Below are positions 1 through 10,145 of a stretch of 64,000 nt of DNA, piece by piece. The translations under genes were made by a program, and so were the position numbers. Origin of the DNA: an uncultured Candidatus Binatia bacterium (GTDB taxonomy: Bacteria; Desulfobacterota; Binatia; UBA9968; JAJDTQ01); the NCBI GenBank assembly GCA_965221155.1, contig OZ244869.1, forward strand, positions 5,087,627 through 5,151,626. The letters run 5' to 3'. Numbering within the stretch: the first letter of the stretch is position 1; the number at the start of each line of letters is the position of its first letter. The notes beneath the pieces were generated by a model, which did no database searches, was not told the DNA's origin, and saw only the letters and a program-made list of their open reading frames with translations.

Positions 1-11
1 GATACCTCCTC

Positions 12-980
12 CTACTTCAGCACGCCCGCTTCCATCAAATACCGCTTCGCCCCCTCGTGGAACGGGAGCACGAACAGCTTCTTCTCGTAGTACCGCTTGG
101 TCTGCGCCAACGAGATCATGGCAGCGGCAGGATGAATCTTCTTCAAGTCGTCGTGGTTGGCGAAAAGCGTCTTGACCGCCTTGTAGATCAGATCCGGTGA
201 AGTCCCTTTATGTGCGTGGACGAGACCGTGCCGGCCGGCGACGGTAATCCCCTCCGGCTGTCCAGGGTACGTCCCCGCTTTGAGCGTCACCGATCTCCAG
301 ACGGGGTTGTCGGCCTCGAAGGAGCGAACCGCTCCTGCCGAGCTGAACCCGACAATTCGACCTCCTACCGTGGTCATGAACTCCAGGGCGGTGCGGTTGA
401 TCCGGTGAACCACCATATAACCCGCGTCGATGTTCTTGTCGCGCAAGCCATTCGCCTGCTCGGTGTAAGAGAGGTAGCGAACCGAATAGGCGTCCGGCGG
501 GACCCCGTGAGCCTTCAAGACCGCTTCCATGGGAAGCCTCGACGACGGCGAGGAGACGCCGAGGCGCTTCCCCTTGAGGTCCTCCACCTTCTGGATGCCG
601 GAGCCCTTTCTGACCAGGAAGGCATCGCCGATGTCGATGAAGGCCATCACGGCACGGAGGTTGGTCAGCTTCTTCTTCTCGAATCCCTTTCCTCCGTTCC
701 ACGCCCGGGCCACCGTGTCCAGCAGGCCCGAGCCGATGGTCAGCTCCCCCCTGTCGACGAGCCGGGCCGCGTGGGCAGAGCCCTTCGTCGTCTCCACCGA
801 AGGCCTGATGTCTCCCGACTTGTCCTCCAGCACCTTCGCCATGGCGGCCATGACGGAGTAGTACGTCCCCCCCGGTGAGCCACCACCCATGGTGATCCGG
901 TCGGCTGCTTCCGTCCACGGACTGAAGCATAACGTCCAACCCATCACAGCGATGAACAACCCGAATTTTCCGTTTCGCAT
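12..980 (-). CDS. TAXI-family TRAP transporter solute-binding protein
   Basis: Signal peptide, GGxxGGTYY motif near the N-terminus, DLKGKR motif and C-terminal LPFHEGAKRY; start taken at MRNGKF (980). Confidence 0.9.
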   Translation of the reverse strand: MRNGKFGLFIAVMGWTLCFSPWTEAADRITMGGGSPGGTYYSVMAAMAKVLEDKSGDIRPSVETTKGSAHAARLVDRGELTIGSGLLDTVARAWNGGKGFEKKKLTNLRAVMAFIDIGDAFLVRKGSGIQKVEDLKGKRLGVSSPSSRLPMEAVLKAHGVPPDAYSVRYLSYTEQANGLRDKNIDAGYMVVHRINRTALEFMTTVGGRIVGFSSAGAVRSFEADNPVWRSVTLKAGTYPGQPEGITVAGRHGLVHAHKGTSPDLIYKAVKTLFANHDDLKKIHPAAAMISLAQTKRYYEKKLFVLPFHEGAKRYLMEAGVLK

Positions 981-1407
981 GGCGTCCTCCATTTGGTTTA
1001 CGAGGCGCATGAGAAATGCCCGCCGGGGAGACCCCCCCGGAATCTCATGAACGTCCCTTTCCAGTCCTTCTTCCGGTCTTCCCTTCGGATGACCGAAGAC
1101 ACATGGGGCGCTCTACGCGCGGCTGCGTGGCACTTGTACCACAATCCAGTTGGTCGGAACCATCGCGTGACGGCTACGCCTTCCACCGCATGCGGTCCGG
1201 CGTTGACGACGGCCTTATGAGACACCCGGATCAAGGACTCTTGTACCCAAATCCCAAGTCGAGCTAAAGAACCGCCGCCAGAGTCCGATCCTTTCTGTGT
1301 AAGGGGGTTCCCCAACCCGTGTGCCAGAGGGCGCTTCGGTACACCAAGCGTCTTGAGCGAGCGGCCCAATGGGAGTACATTACTCTGCGACGGGAAGGAG
1401 CCAGCAG

Positions 1408-1590
1408 ATGAACAGTGACCTCGTCACGATCCTGACCATCATCGGCACTGGATTGGCGCTCGCCGGGCTGATCTTGCCGGGACAACACGCTTTACGCCGG
1501 GATGTCGGCGACCTCCGCGAGCGAATGGCGCGGCTGGAGGGGCTGTTCGAAGGCTTTACGCGCCGCGATGGCGCAAGAAATGAACAATAG
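1408..1590 (+). CDS. Small membrane-anchored coiled-coil protein (60 aa)
   Basis: GGAAGGAG RBS before ATG at 1408; hydrophobic N-terminal helix then DLRERMARLEGLFEG heptads. Confidence 0.65.
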   Translation: MNSDLVTILTIIGTGLALAGLILPGQHALRRDVGDLRERMARLEGLFEGFTRRDGARNEQ

Positions 1591-1628
1591 TTGACCGGCC
1601 CGGCAAGCTGCCGGCACGCCACAAACAA

Positions 1629-1660
1629 CAAGACCCCGGGGAAGTTCCCTCGGGGTCTTG
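1629..1660. terminator. Probable bidirectional intrinsic terminator
   Basis: CAAGACCCCG-GGG..CCC-TCGGGGTCTTG hairpin between the convergent small ORF and tRNA. Confidence 0.65.
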
Positions 1661-1693
1661 CGTCTACTGTGTCTGGATCGCGGGCCGAAAAAA

Positions 1694-1769
<76 letters not shown>

Positions 1770-1799
1770 ACGACTGGCAAAATCTACCACAGGGCCGCA

Positions 1800-2300
1800 C
1801 TAATTTCCAGAAGCGGCGAATCCCAGGCGCTTGAGCTCAGCCACCATAAGCTGCTGGTGGGTGGCGGACCAGAAGACCCGGCGGCAGCCCGGGCAGACCG
1901 AGAAGATTTCCTGGGTCTCGAAGACGTAAGGGGGCACGGTGTCGGCAATCTGCTCTTTGGCAATGGGTCGTAGCGACTCATTGCACTCGACACAACGGGT
2001 CAGGAGTCCCGCGAAGGGGTCCAGCCCATAAGCTTCCACCACCTGCTTCAACTGAGCCCGGAAATGATCGTCCCGGATGAAGATGCATCGGTCCGGGTTC
2101 CAACGCCTTATACTCCGGTCCCGGGTCAGCATGACCCGCTGCTCCTGCGTTGCCGCGCGCACCAGGCCCCGGCCGGACAGATGCTGGCCGTAGATGACGT
2201 CCTGGCCGATGATCCGGAGCCACTTGGCGAGCCGTCCCAGCATCCTGTCGGCGGCGAACTTCAACTCGTCGTCCCTCCGGTCAACCATGAACTCCTTCAT
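1800..2300 (-). CDS. Mut7-C RNase (PIN-like, DUF82) protein with Zn ribbon
   Basis: FAADRMLGRLAKWLRIIGQD, LTRD, RCxxCN and CPxCxRVFW motifs. Confidence 0.9.
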   Translation of the reverse strand: MKEFMVDRRDDELKFAADRMLGRLAKWLRIIGQDVIYGQHLSGRGLVRAATQEQRVMLTRDRSIRRWNPDRCIFIRDDHFRAQLKQVVEAYGLDPFAGLLTRCVECNESLRPIAKEQIADTVPPYVFETQEIFSVCPGCRRVFWSATHQQLMVAELKRLGFAASGN

Positions 2301-2389
2301 AGGCCCGGCATCTCCAGTCGCAAACGACGGTCAGCGCCGTTGGCTCACCGCTATTCGGTCTGGTACCAATTTACTTAAGGGGGGCGTTC

Positions 2390-2941
2390 CGCTCATGGTA
2401 TCGGCGGCCTAGTTTTCATGCACTCATCACTGCCCCCGAGTACGCTCCGATCCGCCTCTCCTTCAATAACATCATCGAGGCGTATACGTTGCGCGCGTTG
2501 AGAACAAGGCACGGGGTGTCGATCATCGCGGCGCGTGAGGCAATGGACGTGGCAGAACGGGCCTGTGACACTCGGCGGTTGCTTCTCCGTCCGGAACTGC
2601 GCACCGGCGGAGGCGAGTTGTTTCTCGAGAAGTACGGTGAACTGGTCAATCTGACAAAGGCCGGCCAAATCGCAATCAAGCACATCCTTCGAGATCATCT
2701 CGCACGGATCGAACTTGATGAACTGCACGTCCCGGTAAGGCTGTATCCCACCAAAAATCATACGATCATGATGGATGCGTGCCTCGCCTTCGGGCGTCCC
2801 GTCATCACCCGCCGAGGCATCTCGACCGCCGCCATCGTCGAGCGCGTCAACGCCGGTGAGACCGAGGAAGAAATCGCCAAAGACTACGATCTGGATTACG
2901 AGGAAGTGAAAGAAGCATTGGTCTATGAGCAGGCAGCCTGA
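2390..2941 (+). CDS. DUF433/VapB45-like antitoxin, probably lacking its true N-terminus
   Basis: Frame reads RSWY...LSFNNIIEAYTLRALR upstream of the called TTG with no ATG; C-terminal FGRPVI..RGI...AGETEEEIAKDYDL is DUF433-like. Confidence 0.75.
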   Translation, partial: RSWYRRPSFHALITAPEYAPIRLSFNNIIEAYTLRALRTRHGVSIIAAREAMDVAERACDTRRLLLRPELRTGGGELFLEKYGELVNLTKAGQIAIKHILRDHLARIELDELHVPVRLYPTKNHTIMMDACLAFGRPVITRRGISTAAIVERVNAGETEEEIAKDYDLDYEEVKEALVYEQAA

Positions 2942-2943
2942 GC

Positions 2944-3112
2944 GTGATCTTCTTTGCGGACCGTGATCTGGGCTCGTTATTTTAGGCACAGTCCTCCCTT
3001 CGTTGCGAAAGTCTATCAGCCGCCATCCGAACAGAAACGCCGAGGCAGTCGCAAGACAGGACGTGTAGAGCTTTGGCTCTCGGGTCACGATTGGCTGAAT
3101 CGCGCCCGATAG
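2944..3112 (+). pseudogene. VapC45-like PIN toxin remnant with internal deletion
   Basis: GTG-IFFADRDLG then stop at 2983-2985; another frame gives PPFVAKVY...GRVELW, resembling the family C-terminus; middle is missing. Confidence 0.6.
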
Positions 3113-3168
3113 GACAGGATGCAGATATAGGCTACCACCGCGTTTGCACGCACCACCGGGCAGTTCCC

Positions 3169-3501
3169 TTACCTCGGATCGATCACCTGGTCGAGGTAGA
3201 TCCAGAGGACACGCGAATAGCGGAACAGGAACGGGGCGGAAACGAGCAGCATCAGGCAGGACGTCAAGTAGATGGCAGCCGCGCCAAAGCCGAGGAGCAG
3301 CATCGCGACGATGACGGGGAGCACCTCCACGAGCGCGAGAGCGTAGCTGAAGTACATGGCGCCGACAAAGTAACCCTGCTCCCGCTCGAACTCAAGGCCG
3401 CAGACCGGGCATTGGCGGTTCATCCTGAAGAGGCTGGCGAAGATGGGGCCGGTCGCGCAGCGGGGACAGCGCAACCGGATGATGGCCAAGAGCTTGTTCA
3501 C
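3169..3501 (-). CDS. DUF983 family membrane protein
   Basis: RCPRCxxG.IF...CPVCGL.FERExGYFVGAMY plus two TM helices. Confidence 0.85.
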   Translation of the reverse strand: MNKLLAIIRLRCPRCATGPIFASLFRMNRQCPVCGLEFEREQGYFVGAMYFSYALALVEVLPVIVAMLLLGFGAAAIYLTSCLMLLVSAPFLFRYSRVLWIYLDQVIDPR

Positions 3502-3538
3502 GTGGCCTCACGGAGTTCGTCGGTCATTTTCGATGTCC

Positions 3539-4633
3539 TCACGGCGCCTCACAGAGCTCGTAAGTCGGGGCGTTTGCAGGGGTTCCGCCGGCGGCCAACC
3601 CGGGCAGCGCGTCGAACGGGTCGACGGCGTCGCGCGCGGCAGTGCGGATGGTCTCGATGGTCCCGGTGAGATGCCCGCCTTCCCGCCGGTGGAGTTCCTC
3701 GAACCGTGCCAGTTCGGTGACGTAGAGCAGGCTCTGCAGGATCACGGCGTTGTCCAGTTTTTTCCGGCTGAAGGAGGCGTGGCGGTGATCCGGGCTGCCC
3801 TCCCGCGTCTCGGACCACTCCCGCTGGCTTCGGGCGAACACGAGCTCCCGGCGGCGAAGCTTCTCTGCCTCGGGCACGGGCTCGCGGTAGAGTTCGCGCA
3901 GGCACTTCACCAACGGCATCATCAGCTCGGAGAACTCCAGCTCTTCCCGCCAAGCCCGGCGGGCGGCCGTGGCTTCAGGGCTTTGCACACCGTAGCGCCG
4001 GGTAAAGAACTCGATGGCGCCCCGCTTGCCGACGAAGTTGGCCAGGCTTTCGTTGAAGGCCACGGAGCCGGGCACGAACAGCGTGTTGTGAAGCAGTTCG
4101 TGCAGCACGACGTCCGCGAGCCGCACCCGGTCGAGCTTCAAAAGGCGCCCAAGCAACGGGTCGTCGAACCAGCCCAGGGTGCTGAAGGCGCCGGCGGGTC
4201 GGATGTTGGTGTCGTGTCCCTGGGCCGCCAGGGCGTCGGCCTCCTTGTTGGCGTCGCTCCGGTCGAAGTACCCCTTGTATGGCATGCGGCCCACGAACGG
4301 GAACCACCAAGTGTAGGGTTCGAAGGAGGTCTTGGGAACCGCGGTGAGAACGTGCAACAGCACCGGGCGGTCGATGTAGGAATAGGCGGCGTAGCTTCCG
4401 CCGACGTTCAGCCGGAGTTCGTCCGCGGCGAAGTCCCGAAGCTCCAGCACCATCTCGAGCTTGCGGCGCACGTCCGGCGCAACTCCGTCTTCGGCCAGCA
4501 CCGTGGCGATGGGTTTGCGCCGCCACAGGATCCGGCCCTCTTCGTAGGCGGCGCGTATGAAGTATTCCGGAGAGCAGCCGCACAGGACCAGCAGCAGGCA
4601 GGCCCCGAGTAGGCCCTTGAACGTCCCGGCCAC
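3539..4633 (-). CDS. Putative zinc aminopeptidase lipoprotein (DUF2265-like)
   Basis: GAGGAGG RBS before GTG at 4633; lipobox LCGC; WWFPFVG.MPYKGYF, STLGWFDDPL, HELLH...FNESLA. Confidence 0.85.
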   Translation of the reverse strand: MAGTFKGLLGACLLLVLCGCSPEYFIRAAYEEGRILWRRKPIATVLAEDGVAPDVRRKLEMVLELRDFAADELRLNVGGSYAAYSYIDRPVLLHVLTAVPKTSFEPYTWWFPFVGRMPYKGYFDRSDANKEADALAAQGHDTNIRPAGAFSTLGWFDDPLLGRLLKLDRVRLADVVLHELLHNTLFVPGSVAFNESLANFVGKRGAIEFFTRRYGVQSPEATAARRAWREELEFSELMMPLVKCLRELYREPVPEAEKLRRRELVFARSQREWSETREGSPDHRHASFSRKKLDNAVILQSLLYVTELARFEELHRREGGHLTGTIETIRTAARDAVDPFDALPGLAAGGTPANAPTYELCEAP

Positions 4634-4662
4634 GATTGATCCTCCTCGCGTGGCGCCGGCCA

Positions 4663-4690
4663 ACGGGCGGGTTTGAAACCCGCCCCTACA
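4663..4690. repeat. GTAG-type REP (family A)
   Basis: ACGGGCGGGTTTGAAACCCGCCCCTACA palindrome. Confidence 0.9.
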
Positions 4691-4758
4691 TTCGTCGCGA
4701 TACCTTGCCGATGGCAAGAATCCCGCGCACCTTATGGCAGGAACTTACGGGACGCAAA

Positions 4759-6651
4759 CTAGCGGTCCACGGCCATGTCCCGAGCCTCCGGTGCGGCCGC
4801 GCCGCCGCCCTCCCCCTGGAACTGCAGTTGATGGAGCCGGTAGTACACGCCTTGCTGCTCCATCAACTCCGTGTGCGAGCCCATCTCGCGTATCACGCCC
4901 CGGTGGAATACGACGATGCGGTCGGCGTTTCGGATGGTGGACAGACGATGGGCGATGACCAGGCAGGTCCGGTTGGCCATGATCTTCTCGAAGGCCCCCT
5001 GCACCAGAAACTCCGTCTCGGTGTCGACGCTGGAGGTGGCCTCGTCCAGCACCAATATCTCCGGATCGACGACAAACATCCGCACCAGGGCCAGGAGTTG
5101 CCGCTGCCCTGCCGACAGGTTGTTTCCCCGCTCGCGCACGGTCGCCCGCAACCCGCCGGGCAGACGCCGGATGAAACCCTCCGCGTTGGCGTTGCGCACC
5201 GCCTCACGAATCCGGTCCTCCGGAATCGATCCGTTGCCCAACTGGAGGTTCGAAAGGATGTCCCCGGAGAACAGAAAGACGTCCTGGAGCACCACCCCCA
5301 TGTGGCGCCGCAGGACGTCTAGGTCCCACTCCCGCACGTCCCGGCCGCCCACGCGCACCACGCCGCTGTCCACGTCGTAGAACCGGCTCATGAGCTTGAT
5401 GGTGGTGGTCTTGCCGGAGCCGGTGGCGCCGATGACGGCCACCCGCTCACCCGGCTCGATCTTGAACGATACGCCCTTGAGCACGGGATCGTTAGGCCGG
5501 TAGCTGAACCAGACGTCGCTGAACTCCACGGCGCCACGGGACGGCTCCACCACCGCCGGGGCGTTGGCCGGGATAGCATTGGACGGGGCGGTCGCGGCCG
5601 GAGCGGCAACCGTCGGAACACTAGCAGCCGGAGAAGCGGCCCGGCCCGGCACCTCCGGCGGCGTGTCCAGCAGCTCGAAGATCCGCTCGGCCGCGGTCAT
5701 GGCCGCCTGGATCACCGCGTACTTGTTACTGAAGTCGCGCAACGGCACGAACAGCCGGCGGATGTACTCGCTGAACGCCACGAACGTGCCGATGCTTATG
5801 ATGCCCTGGAGCACCTCGCCGCCGCCGTACCACAGCAGCAGCGCGATGCTCAGCGAGCCCGCGGCCTCGACTATGGAAAACAACGACGCTTCGTAGACGT
5901 TGGAGCGCTGGATGGCGTCGCGGTGGTCCCGGTTGAGATCGTCGAACTCCTCGAAGCTCCGGGCCTGCCGGTTGAAGAGCTGGATCACGGCCATGCCCGG
6001 AATGGCCTCGCCGAGATAGGCGTTGACACGGGCGATGCGGGTCCGGGTCAGGCGGTAGGTCTGGCGCGCCTTGACGCGGAAGACGTTGATGGCCACCAGC
6101 AGGAACGGAATCATCGCCAGCGACACCAGGGCCAACCCGACGTGGAGCGAGAGCATGATCGCCACGATGGCCGCGATGAGGACCAGGTCGGCCACCAGGT
6201 TCATGGCGCCGGCGGCGAACATCTCCTGCAGCACCTCCACGTCCGTGGTCATGCGGGTCATGAGCCGGCCCACCGGATTGCGGTCGAAGTAGCTCATGGG
6301 CAACCGCTGCACGTGGGAGAACAACTCGACCCGGAGATCGGCCAGGCAGCGCTGGGCCACCAGCATGGCCAGGTAGTACTGGAAGAAAAACACCGCGGCC
6401 TCCGCCAGCAAGGCGGCGAAGAAGAGAATGCCCGTGGTCATCAAGGTGAAGCCGTCGCCGGCGCCGACGGCGTCGATGCCGGCCTTGAGGAGCAGCGGCT
6501 GGGCCAGGTTGAAGCACTGGTGCACCGGCAGCAGCAGCACCGACAGGAGGAAGACCTTCCGGTGCGGCCGGATGAAACGCCAGAGGCGCCGCGCCAGCGC
6601 TAGATCGTAGGCCTTGCCGGAAACGATTTCCTGTTCTTCCCGTGCATGCAT
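4759..6651 (-). CDS. ABC transporter permease/ATP-binding protein (MdlB-like)
   Basis: TM domain plus GATGSGKTT, LSAGQRQ, ILVLDEATS; start at MHAREE. Confidence 0.92.
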   Translation of the reverse strand: MHAREEQEIVSGKAYDLALARRLWRFIRPHRKVFLLSVLLLPVHQCFNLAQPLLLKAGIDAVGAGDGFTLMTTGILFFAALLAEAAVFFFQYYLAMLVAQRCLADLRVELFSHVQRLPMSYFDRNPVGRLMTRMTTDVEVLQEMFAAGAMNLVADLVLIAAIVAIMLSLHVGLALVSLAMIPFLLVAINVFRVKARQTYRLTRTRIARVNAYLGEAIPGMAVIQLFNRQARSFEEFDDLNRDHRDAIQRSNVYEASLFSIVEAAGSLSIALLLWYGGGEVLQGIISIGTFVAFSEYIRRLFVPLRDFSNKYAVIQAAMTAAERIFELLDTPPEVPGRAASPAASVPTVAAPAATAPSNAIPANAPAVVEPSRGAVEFSDVWFSYRPNDPVLKGVSFKIEPGERVAVIGATGSGKTTTIKLMSRFYDVDSGVVRVGGRDVREWDLDVLRRHMGVVLQDVFLFSGDILSNLQLGNGSIPEDRIREAVRNANAEGFIRRLPGGLRATVRERGNNLSAGQRQLLALVRMFVVDPEILVLDEATSSVDTETEFLVQGAFEKIMANRTCLVIAHRLSTIRNADRIVVFHRGVIREMGSHTELMEQQGVYYRLHQLQFQGEGGGAAAPEARDMAVDR

Positions 6652-6682
6652 TGGAATGAACTTCTCGAACGCCGCGACCGGC

Positions 6683-8431
6683 CTACAACTCGTCGAGCTC
6701 GTCCGACATCTGCTGCCGGCGATACATCTGCGCGTACACCCCGTCGGCACGCATCAACGACTCGTGGTCTCCCCGCTCGACGATGCGGCCTTCCTCCAGC
6801 ACCAGGATCTCGTCGGCTTCCTTGATCACCGCCATCCGGTGGGAGATGATAATGCAGGTCTTGCCCTTGAGGACGCTCTCGAAGCCGCGGAGGATGCGAT
6901 GCTCGGTCTGCGAGTCCACGCTGGAGAGGCAGTCGTCCAGGATCAGGAACTCGGGATCCGCGAGGATCGCCCGGGCCAGGGTCGCCCGCTGCTTCTGGCC
7001 GCCGGAGAGCGCGATGCCCCGCTCCCCCACCCGGGTGTCGAGACCGTCCGGAAAGACCTCCACCTCGCCCTCCAGATCGGCCACGCCCAGGACGCGGCGG
7101 ACCTCCTGCTCGGTGGCGTCGGCGTCGCCGAATTTCAGGTTGTCCTGGATGGAGGTGGAGAACAGGAAGGGATCCTGGGGCGCGTAGCCGACAGCGCCGC
7201 GCAGCTCTTCCAGGGACAGCGACCGGATATCGACGCCGCCCATGCGGATGGTGCCGGAGGTGACGTCGTGGAGGCGTGGGATCAGGTGCGTCAACGTGCT
7301 CTTGCCCGAGCCCGTGCGGCCGACGATGGCCACCTTGCGGCCCGGCAGCACATCGAAGCTGACGTCCTTTAGCACCGCCTCGCCGTTGCCGGTCCCGCTA
7401 TAGGTAAAGGACACGTTCTCGAACTCGATGCCCCGCTCCTTGTGGGCCAGCGGCAGGGGGCGTTCCGGATCGGCTATGGACGGCTCCACCTCGAAGATCT
7501 CTTCCAGCCGCTCCATGGCCGCGCGGCCGCGCTCGATCAGCGAGATCATCCAGCCGAAGGCCGCCATGGGCCAGGCGAGCACGTTCAGGTAAAGGATGAA
7601 CGCCACCAGGTCGGCCACCCCGGTCTGATCACGCATGATCAGCCAGCCGCCGTACCACAGCACCACCAGCACCGTGAACCCGTGCAACGCCACCATCATG
7701 GGGTTGATCATGCCCCGGCAGCGAGCCAGATCCATGCTGCGCGCGCGGTACTCGTCGTTGAGCTCGGCGAACCGGTCGGTCTGGGGCCCCGCCTGCACGT
7801 ACGCCTTGACCACGTGCATCCCGCTCAGGTTCTCCTGAACGTGGGCGCTCATGCGGGACATCTGCCGCTGAACCCGTAGCGAGGCCCGTTGGATCCGGCC
7901 GCGAAACTGCCGGAACACCAACATGAGCAACGTCAGGCACGCGCCCACCGCCAGCGTCAACTGCGGGTTCATGGCGAACATGAACACGGCGGCATAGATG
8001 AAGTAGAGGGGGGTATTGACCAGGTTGAGGAAGCCGGGGCCCAGCAGCATGCGCACGGCGTTGATGTCGTTGATGGCCCGGGACATGAGGTCGCCGGTCC
8101 TCTGAGACTGGTAGTAGCCGAGGGGAAGTTTCTCGAGGTGGGCGAAGAGGTCATTCCGCAGGTCGTACTCCACGTTGCGGCCGGCGTTGAAGATGATGGC
8201 CCGCGAAACGCCCCGCAGCAGGCCGCCGCCCGCCGCGGCCAATGCGATCAACAACACGTAGCCGCCCAGCTCGGAGTCGGGATCGCCTCGCTCGATGACG
8301 TCGATGGCGGCCCGGACCCACCACGGGACAAGCATGAGGAGACTGGTGGTGCCCACCAGGCCCAGCCCGCCCAGCAGGTAACGCCGCCAGTATTGCCAAA
8401 GATATTCGATTAACCGTGCGATGCCGGCCAT
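6683..8431 (-). CDS. ABC transporter permease/ATP-binding protein (MdlA-like)
   Basis: TM domain plus GRTGSGKST, LSGGQKQR, LILDDCLSSVD; likely heterodimer with the neighbouring gene. Confidence 0.92.
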   Translation of the reverse strand: MAGIARLIEYLWQYWRRYLLGGLGLVGTTSLLMLVPWWVRAAIDVIERGDPDSELGGYVLLIALAAAGGGLLRGVSRAIIFNAGRNVEYDLRNDLFAHLEKLPLGYYQSQRTGDLMSRAINDINAVRMLLGPGFLNLVNTPLYFIYAAVFMFAMNPQLTLAVGACLTLLMLVFRQFRGRIQRASLRVQRQMSRMSAHVQENLSGMHVVKAYVQAGPQTDRFAELNDEYRARSMDLARCRGMINPMMVALHGFTVLVVLWYGGWLIMRDQTGVADLVAFILYLNVLAWPMAAFGWMISLIERGRAAMERLEEIFEVEPSIADPERPLPLAHKERGIEFENVSFTYSGTGNGEAVLKDVSFDVLPGRKVAIVGRTGSGKSTLTHLIPRLHDVTSGTIRMGGVDIRSLSLEELRGAVGYAPQDPFLFSTSIQDNLKFGDADATEQEVRRVLGVADLEGEVEVFPDGLDTRVGERGIALSGGQKQRATLARAILADPEFLILDDCLSSVDSQTEHRILRGFESVLKGKTCIIISHRMAVIKEADEILVLEEGRIVERGDHESLMRADGVYAQMYRRQQMSDELDEL

Positions 8432-8591
8432 GATGGAAAGAGACGCGGTACTCCTGGTGATTCGGGCACTTGAAAGCCTCACGGGAGGTGGACAGACCTG
8501 CAGGCGACTTTTCTCAATCTAACCAAGAACCTGGCGAATTACCAACCGGGCGGAGCCTCGCCGGGAACCCGCATCTTGACAACGAGGCCGG

Positions 8592-8661
8592 GAATTGATA
8601 ACCAATTCACGTTGTTCTGTCGTTTGCTTGAAGCCGACATCGTTACCAACATCGTTACCAA
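8592..8661. promoter_or_regulatory. Operator-like sites in a divergent promoter region
   Basis: GAATTG-N5-CAATTC inverted repeat (8592-8608) and a 12-bp tandem ACATCGTTACCA x2 (8637-8660); TTGACA at 8576. Confidence 0.35.
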
Positions 8662-8696
8662 GTTCATCCGAAGACATCACCTGGCGGGTCCTCCTT

Positions 8697-9416
8697 ATGT
8701 CACGAACGGCCTCACGCAAGAACATGGATGAGTTGGGAGCACACGAGAGCCGGTTGTACTCCGACTGGGCGCCTCTCTACGACAAGACGTTCGCGAAGTT
8801 CTTCTACTCCCGCGAACGGACCGTGATAAAGGACCTGAATCTTCCGTCGGGCGCCGAGATCCTGGAGGTCGGCGTCGGCACCGGCACGTCGCTCCCCGCG
8901 TATCCGCACAATTGCCACATCACCGGCATCGACCAGGCGCCGCTCATGCTCGCGCGCGCCCGGGAGAAGATCGTCCAGAACAACTGGCGCCACCTCGAAG
9001 TCAGGGAGATGGACGCCCTGAACCTCGCCTTCTCGGACAACACCTTCGACTACGTGGTGGCATTCCACGTAGTGTCGGTGGTGCCGGACCCCGTCCGAAT
9101 GGTGGATGAGATGAAACGCGTTTGCCGTCCCGGCGGAACCATCGTCGTCGTCAACCACTTCACCACCACATCACCGATCTGGGGCAAGCTCACGAAATCC
9201 CTCGATCCCATCACCCGCCGGTTGGGCTGGAGCACGAACCTCGAACTCAAGCCCTTTCTCGACGAGGCCGCGTTCACCGAGTACAAGGCCTACCGCTACA
9301 CCCGATTCTCGCTGTACACCGTGGTGGTGGGCACCAACGACAAGAACGAAGGGCCTCCGACCCACTCAACCGAGACACGGACGCCATCCTCCCCCGGCGC
9401 CCAGCAAACCACCTGA
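8697..9416 (+). CDS. Class I SAM methyltransferase, PmtA-like phospholipid N-methyltransferase
   Basis: Y..WAP.YD, ILEVGVGTG, V.SVVPDP, RVCRPGG.I.VVNHF; start could also be 8724. Confidence 0.8.
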   Translation: MSRTASRKNMDELGAHESRLYSDWAPLYDKTFAKFFYSRERTVIKDLNLPSGAEILEVGVGTGTSLPAYPHNCHITGIDQAPLMLARAREKIVQNNWRHLEVREMDALNLAFSDNTFDYVVAFHVVSVVPDPVRMVDEMKRVCRPGGTIVVVNHFTTTSPIWGKLTKSLDPITRRLGWSTNLELKPFLDEAAFTEYKAYRYTRFSLYTVVVGTNDKNEGPPTHSTETRTPSSPGAQQTT

Positions 9417-9485
9417 GAACCATCCGATCCGCGCCCGACCAGCCAGGGACATTCCGATCCATTGCTGCGCCCGGGCGTGGCAATC

Positions 9486-9512
9486 GTAGGGGCGGGTTTC
9501 AAACCCGCCCGT
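9486..9512. repeat. GTAG-type REP (family A)
   Basis: GTAGGGGCGGGTTTCAAACCCGCCCGT between convergent genes. Confidence 0.9.
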
Positions 9513-9546
9513 GCTCGGATCGCGCTGTATCCCCGACTGTGAGCGG

Positions 9547-10029
9547 TCACGCCGCGTCCCGCCGGATGTCAGCCAGCCCGATCGCGGTCACGCGCTCCGC
9601 AAGCGGAAACCGATCCTCCCCTGGATAAACAATGAACAGATGGTCGAGTTTGAGATCGGCCAGCACCACGTGCATCGACTTCGTCATTCTCGAGCTGTCC
9701 GTCAACTGGCATTCGTAGCCGATGCGCTTACCGCGGTCGAGCACCAACACGTCCAGTTCGGCTCCACCGTGTGTCGCCCAGAACCAGCAACGGCGTTCGC
9801 CGTGAACGGCGACGATCTCCTCGACGCAGAGGCCTTCCCACGACGCGCCATGCCCGGGATGGGACTCCACATCGCGTTGACGCTCCAGACCCAGCAGGGC
9901 ATACAGCAGACCGCTGTCCCGGACGTAGACCTTCGGTGACTTGACCAGCCGCTTGCCGACGTTTTCAAACCACGGGTGCAGTTGGCGAGTCAGGTACGCG
10001 CCCGAGAGCAGATCCAGATACCGGCGCAC
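9547..10029 (-). pseudogene. AAA+ ATPase/DUF4143 protein, C-terminal fragment only
   Basis: KRLVKSPKVYVRDSGLL, GASWEG, GAELD motifs; the N-terminal P-loop part is absent. Confidence 0.8.
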
Positions 10030-10145
10030 GTCGAACGATTCTGCGGGGTGGAGAATCTGGTCAGACGTACCTCGGCCGTAGCTCGACGCGGAACGGGCAG
10101 CCTGCTACACTATGTTTCATTTGAAAGGATTGCGTGGGATAAACA

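Noticed and set aside
1020-1370. Riboswitch or ncRNA upstream of the TAXI gene
   Set aside because: Short hairpins exist (about 1023-1040 and 1068-1099) but I recognise no family motif; an Rfam search is needed
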